This document shows, one piece after another, positions 26,745 through 42,717 of a stretch of 64,000 nt of DNA (the stretch's first letter is position 1; each line of letters begins with the position of its first letter). Both the position numbers and the translations under genes were made by a program. The notes under the pieces are model-generated. The model saw only the letters and a program-made list of their open reading frames with translations. It was not told where the DNA came from and made no database searches. The DNA comes from Tubiluchus corallicola (taxonomy: Eukaryota; Animalia; Priapulida): contig JAQGDQ010000227.1 of the NCBI GenBank assembly GCA_030141605.1, positions 1 through 64,000 of the forward strand. Direction: 5' to 3'.

Positions 26745-27430
26745 CTTTATTTGCCATTAAAAAATCGATATTCATAACTATAAAAGCATATAACAACATC
26801 GCAGCATGAGAATAAAAATTCACAAAACTGTTAAAGGCAAATGCGTCCAGTGCAAACTAGACACTATTGTGCCATTTAAAATGAAAACAAACAAAGAATC
26901 CTTTCAACGCGAGTACGATATACGCAAAAAATGCTGTAAAGAAATATAATTTCTTTTCTGCAACCTACTTTAGGTACCATTTTCTTGTCATTTGAGACTT
27001 GTACAAAACCATCAAATATACCAATAAAATGTATTGTTTCAATATGCATTAGCACCTTAGTACAGTAGACTGAAACCATACACATCCAGAACAGAATGGC
27101 TGGGTTTTCAAACAGGTATATTAATTGCAAATTTTATTCGTGTACAGAATAACAGATTTGCTTAAAAATATTTCATTATGTAAATTACGATAATCTGCGC
27201 CTATCTAATTGATTTTTAGTAAAACGTTGTATTTAAAGAATTGTTTTTACTGCTTATAAACTCATTCTGTCATGTATAAATCCTCTGTTATGATATCATT
27301 ATCGCGTTAGCGCTGACCAAGAACGCCTTATGACAAATGAAATTAATGGCAAAAGTCATTTTGCAATAAGGCGCCTTATGAACCGCTGAAAACGGCTTAT
27401 GAGGAACCTACCGCAGATGATGGCTGACTG
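25700..27430. mobile_element. putative non-autonomous DNA transposon with inverted subterminal ATAAGGCG motifs
   Basis: AGCCATAATC and repeated cataaggcg on the left; repeated cgccttatg and GATGATGGCT on the right; internal ccgtacagggtgcacg minisatellite at 26050-26180. Confidence 0.45.
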
Positions 27431-27584
27431 CTTACGGTAGGCGTAAGACTGCAAATGGATTACCTGTATAAACAAGGACCATTGGTTTGCATGTGTTCAT
27501 TTTTACGATGCCACTTTTTCTCCTCATGGCTTGTGCCTTACGGATTATGTCCAGCTCTGTCGGACACGGGCATAAAAGAGACTG

Positions 27585-28170
<586 letters not shown>

Positions 28171-28549
28171 GTGAACGATACCGCGAAGAAATTGCGAAGT
28201 AAAGAAGAAAAATGCAGCATAATGTCGCCTTCGCCAAACAGTCATACATAAACATAAAAAGAAAACTCGTGAAGCCATGCTTTACGCCACGAAGCCAGTC
28301 ATATACGATGCAGTAATTATCTAGCGCATGCCCAAATATGCACAGTGCGCCACATTTGAGCCAATTTATCGTAGATGTCACGTTTATCGTACACGTCCCT
28401 GTGGCTTTTGTTAGGCTTGATATAAACGAGCATCGTAAATCAAACTATTCGTTTAATCGCCTAGTTTCTATCAGAGTAATCGCTGCAGTATGGCCTGGCA
28501 AAATCCAATGCAGGATAGGCGCTAATTTAAAATTGTGGTAATTGAGTGA

Positions 28550-29322
28550 TGTAACGATGCGGGAATAGATGAAAACTAACGAGAACTAGGCAGAGAAGAA
28601 GAAGAAGGAGGAAGAAAAGAAGAAGAAGAAGGACAAGAAGAAGAAACGGAATAAAAACAACTTTAAAAACAAAAAGAGGAGGAAATAATTGTCCAGCAAT
28701 TCCTGTAGTAACAGTGCAGGAGTAAGATGAAAACTAACGAGAACTAAGCAGAGAAGAAGAAGAAGGGGAAGAAGCAGAAGAAGAAAGAACGGAATGAAAG
28801 CAACTTTAAAAACAAGAAAGACGAGGAAAGAATTCTCGAGCAATTCCTGAAGTAACGATGCGGGAATAGATGAAAACTAACGAGAAGTAGGCAGGAAAGA
28901 AGAAGAAGAAGAAGCAGAAGAAGAAAGAACGGAATGAAAACAACTTTAAAAACAAGAAAGACGAGGAAAGAATTGTCGAGCAATTCCTGAAGTAACGATG
29001 CGGGAATAGATGAAAACTAAGGAGAAGTAGGAAGCGAAGAAGAAGAAGAAGAAGAAGAAGAAGAAGAAGAAGAAGAAGAAGAAGGGGAGGAAGAAGAAGA
29101 AACGAAATGAAAACAGTTTTAAAGACAAGAAGGAGGCGGAAAGCGCTGTCGAGTAAATAGATTGCTGACGTAAAGATTCGTGATTAGGATGAAAACTAAC
29201 GAGAAATAGGCTGCGAAGAAGAAGGAAGAAAAGAAGAAGAAGAAGAAGAAGAAGAAGAAAGAACGGAATAAAAACAACTTTAGAAGCAAGAAAGAGGCGG
29301 AAAGATTTGTCGAGCAATTCCT
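28550..29322 (+). repeat. ~140-200-bp tandem repeat with an embedded variable (AAG)n tract
   Basis: five units of gatgaaaactaacgagaa...(aag)n...aacaactttaaaaacaag...gtcgagcaattcct. Confidence 0.9.
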
Positions 29323-30419
29323 AACAGATCATAACAGTTTTATAACTTCCTTATTGATTTTTTGAACAACTTGACATACAGCATAAATAATGGAAAATCG
29401 ATAACTAGATGTGTAGACAGATTGACGTCAGCATGAAGTCACATCCTCTCAATCTCAAATATTACGGTTTCACCAAATTCTACATATGCAATGTGCCATT
29501 AAGCAAATTACACAGTAACGTTTATTGTGAGTCGCACACTGTAAAAATCTGTCTGCAGCAAAATTGTCTGACGCAAATTGACGCAGACAAAATTTTCCTG
29601 TTCACTATAGATTTTGTATGAACTATGAAGCAATCTGTGTCAGCCATAGTAATACGTCAAACCTACGTCGGACACGTGACAAGATCACTGACACGCTAAA
29701 TCATTGCTGAATATAAGAGATGATAGCAATAACACTCCCTTTGGGTCATAGTCCAGGAATAACACGTTAAAACAAAACCTGACAAAATCTTAAAGTGTAG
29801 GTCAAAACAATGTATTCTTTAAAATACTGAAAGGAAACATACTGTTTTTTTAAAAATTATTTACGTGAAAGAATTATTACTACAAAAACACAAGTTCGCG
29901 TTCGGGATACTAGTTCTCGGCTGTAACATGCATTTCGCCAGTCGCTAGTTAGACGAGCACTAGTTGCCTGCATTTCGGAATCGCGTTGAACATAAAAACA
30001 GGTGCTGTACCTCTGAGTTCAGAGGTGTTCGTTTCAATCGTGTGTGTCACTTTGTGACGTATTGCACACATTCGATAGCTCATGTGTGGTATAGCTGTAA
30101 ATTTGAAATTTCATTTTAAACTTAAAATTTTTCCGAGTTTTTGTATATCACATTTAATATTGTACACTAGCATCGCACTTTCGCATTTGCAAACATGCGC
30201 CACACGCTCATTGAATGTTTTTGCTGTTGAAAATTGTGTTGGTTTGTGATGTCATCAATAGTCGGGCTCACCCGCCGTTAATTAACATTTTAATTTTTGT
30301 TTAATTATCAGAAACGCTTTTACAGTACTATTGGTATTAAACTGTATACTTTTTACTGTACTTGAAAATGGGGTAGGTTACATCACATATTATCTTATTT
30401 TAAGTAATTCAAAACTTAT

Positions 30420-30580
30420 TTCCAATGTGGCCCTGATTATTATTGCCCGCATGTTGCTTCGACAAAGTTCAAAAACCAGCGGTACCGTTTTTAACTCTTT
30501 GGTTTGACTCGGTCGGGAGTTGAACCCCCTACCTCCTGGTGGGAGGGGTACACGCTAACTTTGAGCTATACCATCCGGTA
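30420..30580 (-). mobile_element. second MetaSINE-type family
   Basis: the minus strand reads a tRNA-like head (GGTTCAACTCC) followed by GTCAAACCAAAGAGTTAAAAACGGTACC. Confidence 0.6.
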
Positions 30581-30624
30581 CAACGTGGCACCCGTTAAAC
30601 TGTCTTCCTCTGAGGCTGCCATTT

Positions 30625-31100
30625 CCCTGAGGTGCTTATGAATCACATTATGTATGCCGATGATGTAATACTCATTACTGCCATTTCTCTGAGGTGCTTA
30701 TGAATCACCTTATGTATACCGATGATGTAATACTCATTACCCCATCTGTACCTGTGCTGCAACGTTTTGCTGCTGACTATAACATTATGTTCAATGCATC
30801 TAAAAGCAACTGTGTGTATTTTACCACGTTCGTTCAACGGACTTGTACTTAGTGAGCCGTTTTTAAATGCTTCCTGTAAGAAGAAAAATATCTGAGCCTT
30901 ACAATCGGCTAGAATTTATTTGACAATACAAAACGTAAACTAGCTTGTTTTGTGTGAAAATAAACTCTTTAATTAGAAAATCTGGTTCATATTCTATTTA
31001 TGTTAAATGTATTTCTCAAGAACTATTGTACTAATGTATATTGCAACGCGTTATAGGCTAATTACAACGTCTTCTTCTCAATAGACTAACACTTGCTTAT
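30625..31100 (+). mobile_element. decayed L2-group LINE reverse transcriptase fragment
   Basis: NHIMYADD (duplicated as NHLMYTDD) followed by FAADYNIMFNASKSNCVYF. Confidence 0.6.
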
Positions 31101-31949
31101 AGTAACGGAATTAGAAAATTCATTAAAGGAAAACATGCTGATTTTTCATATCCTTAAGTCGGTAAAAAGTACACATTTTTACACCTATAATATTGTTCCT
31201 CGTTGTTCTGTATTGTTGTTCATTGTTATACATTTTTACACCTATAATATTGTTCCTCGTTGTTCTGTATTGTTGTTCATTGTTCCTGCTGACTCTGGTA
31301 AAACGTTATGTATAACTGTATAGGTTAGAAGTCTCAAGCATTCCTACTTTAAGCCCAATTATGTATACCATGTTAAACTATGTTCGTTTGTGATGTCATC
31401 AATAGTTGGGTAGGCCCGCCGTTAATTAAATCCTATACTGGTTAATTAATGGTATACTTTAAGCCCAATTAATACATAATTCATAGATAATACATAATTC
31501 ATAATAATACATACATAATACACCATTAAACAGTAATGGCTACCAACGGATAACAACACGTTTCATGAATTTTTATGAACTTTATTTATACGTTTTACAA
31601 ATCTCGAAGGAAAAAAAATCAACGAAATGTTTCAAACAAGATTTTCAGTAAAACTTTACTGAAAGCAAAAGCCTTCAGTTTTACAAAATTTGATGACTTC
31701 TTACAGGTTTTCTTCTGGAAAACCGATTTTCTGTAAAGGTTAAAGCGACTGGATATCGCATTCTCTGTAGCTGCAGATTTAGATTAGTTACTTGAGCTGT
31801 TTGCACGATTTTGCTTTTAGTCTGTCCAAAGAAATTCACAATTAGATTGAAGCCGCCAGTTGGGAAAAGGTTTGGACTTTCAATAGAAGTGGTCTCTGAG
31901 CTGCGCGTCACACAACGTTTACTTAGACGTCTTTTCAAACTGTAGAAAG

Positions 31950-32570
<621 letters not shown>

Positions 32571-33299
32571 GTGAATCAAGCAAGCAGACGTATAAGGCAT
32601 GCAATCGCAAGTTACGTCATCTGGTTACATTTGCATTGTACCATGTAACGAGGCGGCATAATTTAACTGTAACCTCAAGGATGTCTTGTGTGGTTTCCGG
32701 CAGTAGAGGCGTTTTAAACAGGATATTTGATTTTTATGGATTTTCCTAAGAGCCGTCAACGCGTTTGCACTCAGTGCGTTGACCTCAACTCGCTTTTGTT
32801 CAGTTGAATTTGTCTCAGCGCAGCTTTCAGCGAAGCTTTTTTGTCAATCGATAACAATAAGTCAACTGCCAACCAGGGAAATGGACGAAGGCAATTTGTC
32901 ACTGGCTCAACTTGCGATGAATGTGGCAATAATACTCGATAAATGAGTTGGAGTTGGTTAAGCTACTCAACTGTCTGCAAAAAATATTTCAAGTAAATTC
33001 AATGTTATAACTTGGCTTCTGTTCCACGGCAAATCAAATCAGAGGTCTGTGATCTAAGGCATTCTCCACAAAACGTACATTTTGTGTCCAAAAACAAGCT
33101 AAATAATTGAAAAAAGATTGTGTGCTGCAAGGAGGAAATCTCGGTCCTAATCTGTTATGTTGAAATAGGAGCTTAGCTGGCAGCGCATGGGAGTACTCGG
33201 TCTCGTGTTCAAGTACCGAATAGTCCACAATTTTTCAGTGTCTTCTTGCTTTCTCCATCTCGTTAACCGCAATAGTTAATAATTGTTAAAAATGAACCA

Positions 33300-33925
33300 C
33301 AATGGTTTACAAACACTCTGGTAATCATAGTGATAATCTAACTAATTAACGACAATTATAAAAATTGCTCAAAGTTTCTATCTTGGCGAGGTATTTATAC
33401 ATTTTTTGAAATTGGATTTGTCAATGATGTTGCCTGTCCTAATGTTCATCCGTATCCGGATGGTGAACTCAAATCAAAATGTATTTAACTCCTGTTATTG
33501 ACTAATTGCATTATTAACCCAAAGTGTTTTTATCATTTCATATAAATTTTGACCTGTAATTCGCATAAAATCTAAATGCTATTTTTAGTTTAATCAAGAT
33601 TGACCTTATTTTGTTGCCCAGTACATGCATTTTCTTTACTCTGGATTACTTAATTATATAGCAAATGTCATAATTTTAAAATTACTTATTGTTTCCTAAA
33701 TTAAACTGATAACATTAATGTCCACCAGTGTCTAAAATCTTTTTATCTATATTCGGTAAAGGATAGCAGACTAGGTGACTTTATAGTCTTTTCACTATCC
33801 TTCCTCTAGTTCTAGATCATTCTATACATTTTAACCATTTTCAAAACTTATTAGCGATTCTTTTATTAATCATGTTTTATTGTAGTATTATAAATAGATA
33901 AATAAATTAAAATTGAATTGAAATT
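33300..33925 (+). mobile_element. decayed CR1/L2-like LINE 3' remnant
   Basis: degenerate GFVNDVA (an FADD-like motif) and an AATAAA + (ATTGA)n-type tail. Confidence 0.4.
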
Positions 33926-34509
33926 TACATTTGTGGTTCCCGAAACTCAGTAACTGGGAACCAGGTTCTAAGCCCGGCTTATTGCCCACCTTGTCACGTG
34001 AAGTGAAACAATGACAGTGCTGTACTTAAATTGGTACTAATTGTTTATTCTTTTAAAAAACCAAATAGAAATTCGAAGCCTCGATTAATAAATTTTGTTC
34101 TTTCTTGTCTTTTATTCCCAAAAAACATGTCATTCCATCTAAACAATAAAAAGTTTCATGCCAAAAAAATACCAATAACCAAAAGATCAATAATTGTACA
34201 TAATTTAGCTGTTTTTACACTACATCTTTGCAGTAATTTTTAACTAATTTGTAATTTAACTAAATAATTAATTTTAAAAGTAATAAAGGAAAATACATAC
34301 CCATTATTTCCCCCAAAATCATGAGCTTTCTAAACACACAACGCGACAATATTTTAACGCCTTATAAACTCCCTTGTGTTAACAAAATTCAGTCCACTCA
34401 ATCAGATTGCACTGATCACGTGATCAGGCCTAAAAATCGCCACAAGGTGGCCAAAGCAGACAAGAAGAAAAGGCTGCTAAGTATGATAATGCTAAATTTC
34501 CAGTACACA

Positions 34510-35330
34510 AATGATTGATGGACTTAAATTAGCATGTTCTTTTCTGGTTTGTAAATATCCGAAGATTACAATTACGTACATAATACGTATGAAAATACAT
34601 ATGATGATAAGTCTTTATCAGCCTCTGTCTGCAGGCAAAAAATTTCTGTACGAACATTTTAAAATTTTACATAAACACTTGAGTGAATTCTACAATATTA
34701 CATGTTACGCATTCTGTAATTAGCTTTTTAATGGTGCGTATAACATTATTTACAGGGATGTTAAACAAGGAGTAGTAAAATGAGTGCTAAATTAAGGTTG
34801 TTAATGAAAACAAGTTTCCTGTCTAGTAACATAAACATGCACGTAAATTAATATACTAAATTATTAAATTCCCAATTCAATATTTAAGTCCACAAAGAGT
34901 TACAATCAATAATCTCAAAAACTATGCAAGTTTGAGCGCAATTTTACTCAAATTTAGCAACAAGATCTTAAAATAAAAGGGTCCTTTGCAAAATAAGTTA
35001 GTCCTGATATTAAATGTTCATTTTTGATGCAATACACAAGATTTAAGTTGTCATTTCCCAGTTTATTTAGTAATACATACCACCTGTCATCTCGAGTACA
35101 TCTGTATATCAAATGTTCTGGATTTTGGGCTTCCGTACCGCATTCACAAAGATCGTCTCTAGCAAATCCAAATCTACTTCTACTCTTCTTTCGTACTTTC
35201 CAACATTTAAAGTAAAAGTCTGATCTAAATTTTTACGCATCAAATTGGCTGTAGCTTCTCCAGATGAAGACAGATGAGGGCATTTCATATGTCATTGGAC
35301 CTACACAAATCTAGCAGGTCCCTTTCATTT
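34510..35330 (-). mobile_element. decayed L1/Tx1-like ORF2 remnant
   Basis: minus-strand CGTEAQNPEHLIYRC (~35099-35141) resembles the C-terminal CCHC motif of L1/Tx1 ORF2. Confidence 0.5.
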
Positions 35331-36625
35331 ACCTTTTACTCTTTAGACGTTCCTGTAATGTTGATTCGGTTAAGTAGGTAATGCTGTCTGTGACGATGTA
35401 GTCTAAGTTCCGTTACTGTAAATATGTGGTTCGTGACTTAAGTGTAACCCTTAGGTAAAGAATAAAACACTTAGTCGAAAACACTGAGAAGAAACAACTG
35501 AATTAATAAAATAATACAACAATTTAATTAATATCCCAAAATATATTACAAGACAAATGTTAATAATAAAGATTAAGCCGGCTAAGAAGAGAAAGAACAA
35601 CGTAACGTTTTTCACCAGTCCAGTCTTGGCATCATCAAGCGACTATTCTCCTGCTCCCATTCCGCGGCATCTCCTCACCAGGGGCTTGATCGAGGAATGG
35701 TGCACCATAGAACAGTTGACTACACTACCTCTTGACGGAGCTGATTACGTGGACGACGACGTCTCCAAACTTTGACGACTCCTGATGTACACGCCTCCAC
35801 TAATACGACGCCAAAATGGGGTAGCATCCAAGCTCCTGCACTCGTCGCAAGGTAAGGATTACCAATTTTGTAATCACAGCATCCAGCACCAACGACAGTA
35901 TCATCAACGTCAGGTAAATACGAGTAAGTATCATCAGCAGCAGATATCATCGACAACTGGTAAGTGATGTATCATCAGCGTCAGGAAATATAATCAGCAA
36001 CAGGTAAGTATCATCGCTAGAATGCAACTATCGTCTCTGTCGTAACCAGGTAGACAGATCGCTTTTCTACAAGCAAGCACTATTACTACTAAACCATCAT
36101 TTTATGACATGTGAACGTCCGCTTAACTCGCCAACTTAAAGCGGAATACCTGGGCGAACTGAACAGCCAAAATTTCGTCTACGTGGCTTCAATCACATGA
36201 TATAGTAGTAATGCATAAACAGTATCATTGAATGTACAGGTGAAATCTGATTTCAGAACAAGTTGGCTTCTAGCCTTATATCATTAAACAGTTTAACTAA
36301 ACTTCTTTTATAAAAATTGACAATAATTAATGGTAGAATTATAACAGTAGGAACTAGTTACATAACCTGGCCTAAAATAAGCCTGAGCGTCACACTGTCT
36401 TTATATTAACATATTAGCATCAGAATTTCAGTCAATATATAAATGGCTGTCATTCTGCATGATTCAGAAACGGATCATACAGAATGCAAAAGAGTTATTA
36501 CCTTCTCTTTCTCTTTCCTGCCCTTCTAACACTGAAGCCTGCATAGGCGGTAAATTAAATATTTAACTCGAATTCTTTTTGCAACGTGGAGTTATAGTTG
36601 CCACACAAATTTGCTGCTGGTGAGA

Positions 36626-36632
36626 ATGGCTG
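36626..36632 (+). CDS. candidate start of a spliced upstream ORF / PDE7 N-terminus (ATG GCT G)
   Basis: agaATGG strong Kozak context followed by the donor G|gtgagt; phase 1 is compatible with the exon at 40839. Confidence 0.35.
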
Positions 36633-36634
36633 GT

Positions 36635-37850
36635 GAGTGACCGTTGTCATTGCATCTTTATTTTTACTATCACATAATTGTGATGTAGAGAGATCTTTAT
36701 CATTGCATCCTTATTTACTGTTAATTGTGACGTACAGCGACAATTGCCATTGCATATTTATTTTTGCTGTTTATTATGACATAGAGTGACCTTGATTACT
36801 GCGTCTTTATTTACTGTGATGTAAAGTGACCTTTGTCATTGCATCTTTATTTTTGCTGTTAATTATGACATAGACTGACCTTGACTACTGTGTCTTTATT
36901 TACTGTGATGTAAAGTCATTGTCAAGACCTTTGTCATTGCATCTTTATTTAGTGTTAATTGTGATGTAGAGTGACCTTGATTACTGTGTCTTTATTTACT
37001 GTTAATTGTGATGTGGAGTGGCCTTGATTACTGTGTCTTTATTTACTGTTAATTGTGATGTAGAGTGGCCTTGATTACTGTGTCTTTACTTACTGTTAAT
37101 TGTGATGTAGAGTGGCCTTGATTACTGTGTCTTTATTTACTGTTAATTGTGATGTGGAGTGACCGTGATTACTGTGTCTTTATTTACTGTTAATTGTGAT
37201 GTAGAGTGACCTTGATTACTGTGTCTTTCTTTAATGTTAATTGTGATGAGAGTGACCTTGATTACTGTGTCTTTATTTACTGTTACCTGTGATGTGGAGT
37301 GACCTTGATTACTGTGTCTTTATTTACTGTTAATTGTGATGTAGAGTGACCTTGATTACTGTGTCTTTATTTACTGTTACTTGTGATGTAGAGTGACCTT
37401 GATTACTGTGTCTTTATTTACTGTTAATTGTGATGTAGAGTGACCTTGATTACTGTGTCTTTATTTACTGTTACCTGTGATGTGGAGTGACCTTGATTAC
37501 TGTGTCTTTATTTACTGTTACTTGTGATGTAGAGTGACCTTGATTACTGTGTCTTTATTTACTGTTAATTGTGATGTAGAGTGACCTTTGTCATTGCATC
37601 TTTATTTACTGTTAATTTTGATGTGGAGTGACCTTTGTCATTGCATCTTTATTTACTGTTAATTGTGATGTGGAGTGACCTTGATTACTGTGTCTTTATT
37701 TACTGTTAATTGTGATGTAGAGTGACCTTTGTTATTGCATCTTTATTTACTGTTAATTTTGATGTAGAGTGACCTTTGTCACTGCATCTTGATTTACTGT
37801 TAATTGTGATGTAGAGTGACCTTTGTCGTTACATATTTATTTTTACTGCT
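36635..37850 (+). repeat. 47-bp minisatellite
   Basis: about 25 units of ttactgttaattgtgatgtagagtgaccttgattactgtgtctttat. Confidence 0.95.
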
Positions 37851-38484
37851 ATGTTTTAAATTTGTACAACGTGAGTTGTCTGCAGAAGACAAATTTTTGT
37901 TTCGTAGGCGAATATTCTTTCCATTCCTATTATATTCCTTTTACATTCTCTTCTGTAGGTCAGTTCGTAGCTCAGTCAGTCATGAGGACCTCCTCTCTCG
38001 TGGTTTTGCGGCTCTTAACTATAAAAAACTAGTTGAATTCTGCGGCACGTTGACTGAACACGCGCCTTGCTTTATGGTTTTATGTCCTTTTTCTGTGTTC
38101 TTTGTCAAACTAAGCAGATTTATGATTTGCGTGACGAAGGATGTTTGGCACAAAGTTGTCTCTTTCACTCGTTTTTTGTCCTGGTTGATTTTATTGTTTG
38201 TTTGATGGAAGCGTGAGAACGTATTGCCTTTAACGTTGTAATAAATTACATGGTGTATTGTCACAAGCAAAAACCAAGGACAGCAGTTTCATGTTCTTGA
38301 TGACCATGGCGATGCTAATTATAATGACGACGTCGACTGCAATGATGATGATGATGATGACGATGACGACGATGATGATGATGATGATGATGTCGGAGCA
38401 ATATGAGTCGCTGATATGTAGCTGTTGAATTGTCATTTACAGTCATTGTTCATCCAAAAGTCGACTTTAAATAAACATTAGTGT

Positions 38485-38486
38485 TA

Positions 38487-38534
<48 letters not shown>

Positions 38535-38670
38535 CATCATTATCATTATCATTATCATTATCATTATCATTATCATTATCATTATCATTATCATTATCAT
38601 TATCATTATCATTATCATTATCATTATCATTATCATTATCATTATCATTATCATTATCATTATCATTATC

Positions 38671-38714
<44 letters not shown>

Positions 38715-38742
38715 CATCATCATCATCATTATCATCATCATC

Positions 38743-38813
<71 letters not shown>

Positions 38814-39120
38814 GTTGTTATTATTGTATTATCGTTATTAGTATTATTATTATTATCATTATGAAGACGACAACGACGACGACGACAATGATGATGACGA
38901 CGACGATCACGACGATGATGACGATGATGATGACAACGACAATAACTATGATGATGACGAGGATGACGATTGTGATGCCGAGGACAACGATGATGATGGT
39001 GATGATGATGATAATGATGATGATGATGACGACGACGACGACAACTATGATAATAATGAGGATGACGATTGTGATGCCAATGACGATGATGATGACGATG
39101 ATGACGATGATGACGATGAC

Positions 39121-39178
<58 letters not shown>

Positions 39179-39185
39179 GTGATGA
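38485..39185. repeat. (TAT)/(TATCAT)/(CAT)/(GAT/GAC) arrays
   Basis: read directly from the sequence. Confidence 0.95.
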
Positions 39186-39834
39186 AATGGAAATCTTGTA
39201 TAATCTCTCTGGAAATCTTTTAAAATAAAACAGTGGTTCAGAAAATCTTTTGAACACTCACGTGCAGAATAAGCTGCCTGCAGACGTAGCTGCAGACCAC
39301 GCAATCATAAATGAAAATGAGTATCGATTCGAAAAACTTCAATAAATGATATTATCCTAGCTAATGGTGGTCGTCTAACGTGGTACGTTCGTATTGACGT
39401 TTTTAGAAGGTCAAGTGCTTTCGAGCAGCGAATGTTTTTAAAATGCAAAGACCAGCTGTATTTTTGCAGCACTGCTAAAACACGAACAAACTTGCTTCAA
39501 AGGCTTTCTACAATTTTATAAAAAATGGAAATTAAACAATGCCGAAATCAGTATTTCTATTCTTTCTTCTCCCTTTTTCGAAAACTTTATCAGCAAAAAT
39601 TTAATTAATTTTATCGGACATTATTACACGGAAATGCTGGCTGCGTTACAAAGTACATACTAAAAATTCGCCGCTTTTGTTAAACTCAAACCTGAAAGAC
39701 TCTGTATATTGATGAACGGGGGGGTCTCAGGAGGTCAGAAATATCCTCTTTTCATACGATCCATGTGTACACACACACACAAACACACACACACACGCCA
39801 TATTTATTTTTCTCTATTTCTGTGTCTTTTGTTT

Positions 39835-39835
39835 T

Positions 39836-39932
<97 letters not shown>

Positions 39933-40140
39933 ATAGGATAGGATAGGATAGGATAGGATAGGATAGGATAGGATAGGATAGGATAGGATAGGATAGGATA
40001 GGATAGGATAGGATAGGATATTGTAATTTTCATGTTTATCTAAGTTTGCGTGTGCAATTTGTTTGTATTGGTTTTTTGTTTTTATGATGTTGTATGTTGT
40101 ATATTATATTATATATTATATGTAAATTATATACAACATA

Positions 40141-40198
<58 letters not shown>

Positions 40199-40515
40199 GC
40201 ACACACATTATATGATACGATACGATACGATACGATACGATACGATACGATACGATACGATACGATACGATACGATACGATACGATACTATACGACACGA
40301 CACGACACGACATAACATGATATGACATGATATATGACATGATATATGATACGATACGATACGATACGATACGATACGATACGATACGATACGATACGAT
40401 ACGATACGATACGAGATATGATATGATATGATATGATATATTATGACATGACATGACATGACATGACATGACATGACATGACATGACATGATATGATATG
40501 ATATGACATGACATG
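39835..40515. repeat. (CT)n, (GGATA)n, (CA)n, (GATAC)n and (GACAT)n cluster
   Basis: read directly from the sequence. Confidence 0.95.
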
Positions 40516-40838
40516 ATATGATGTCACCTCTTTTTGGCTAACAGACTGGATTATAACTTTTATACTAATGTGCAACGTTTGCGTACGTTTTGCAATTACA
40601 GCAGGGACTGGTAAGATGCCAGAAATGCAATGAGTCACAGTTGAATGTGAATTATCCAAAATCCTACAAAAAGCCTTTCAATAGCTAAAGATACTGCAGG
40701 AAAATTAATACAAGCATTTTGCAACACCCCAGAATCTATTCATTTTGAATGATGAGTGAAGAGTTCTAGCCTCACCAAAGCCATTCACATTACTGAAAGA
40801 CTGATGACGGTTTTATAACTAACGTTTATGTTGTCCAG

Positions 40839-40943
40839 ATCCCTCACCCTCGAGATGCAATAAGTTCGTGGACAGGTTGAGGGCTTTCATCAACAGCTCA
40901 CCTGTGGGAATGAGACAATTCTGGTCACCCATGTGGATTTGTC
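40839..40943 (+). CDS. candidate upstream exon of the PDE7 transcript
   Basis: ctaac branch-like site, ttgtccag| acceptor and |gtaagt donor; 105 nt, open only in phase 1-1 (DPSPSRCNKFVDRLRAFINSSPVGMRQFWSPMWIC). Confidence 0.5.
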
Positions 40944-41057
40944 GTAAGTTCTGTACTTATGACAACCTACATACACACCTGAGCTCAGCCTTTATGTGAG
41001 ATAAATACTTTATGTAAGATAGTTGCAAAATATAAGTGAATGAAAAGTGAATTCACC

Positions 41058-42011
<954 letters not shown>

Positions 42012-42179
42012 CTCATAGTGCTAGTTCGTCAGTGTTTTTCAGTCAGTGAATGAAGAAAACCAAGTTGTACCTGTACAACATTTACTTTGATGTAACTAAA
42101 GTATTGGAAAATTTCCCTAGGCTGCTGGAAAGTTGGGCAAATTGCCTGTAAAAAATTCTATTGTTTAGTATAAAATACC

Positions 42180-42480
42180 TTTTTATTAATAAATAGCTCA
42201 AGTCAATATGTAATAGGTTAGTACAATCACTAGTACGTTCAGAAACAATCTAGATTAAAAAGTTACATTGTCAATTAGTATCAATGTATTTTAATAGAAG
42301 TCTTTTTAATTTAGAATTAATGCTAGAGATAGAAATGGAGTCTTTAGTATAAATATGTATTTTATTGCATGGGTTTATACCTAGGTATAGGATTGTATTT
42401 AAACCACGTGATGTCGAAAATCTTAGAATAAAGTATTGTTTATTAACAGCAGCCTTTTTGGTGTGAGTATGGACATCACT
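42180..42480 (-). mobile_element. L2/Crack-like LINE C-terminal remnant
   Basis: DVHTHTKK...YFILRFSTSRGLNTILYLGINPCNKI resembles the HxYxTR...GxxxWN end of L2-group ORF2. Confidence 0.5.
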
Positions 42481-42717
42481 AACTAATGAATGAATGAATA
42501 AACGAATGAAATTAGCAAATGAACAAACGAAGACAGGTGTAAATGGGGGGGGGGGTAGGGAAGACAAACAAGCAAACGTGTAACGGAACAGAAATGTCAA
42601 TGCTGATATTACTCTAACGTACTACAGCAATTTTACTGTCGTCATAGCAACAGTAACTTTGATGTTGTCATAGCATTCAAACATTCCGTAAGCTACATCT
42701 CTTACAATTAATTCCAG

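Noticed and set aside
35663-35680. Retroviral primer-binding site (minus-strand TGGTGAGGAG)
   Set aside because: It is not preceded by an LTR CA end, and no gag/pol sequence follows
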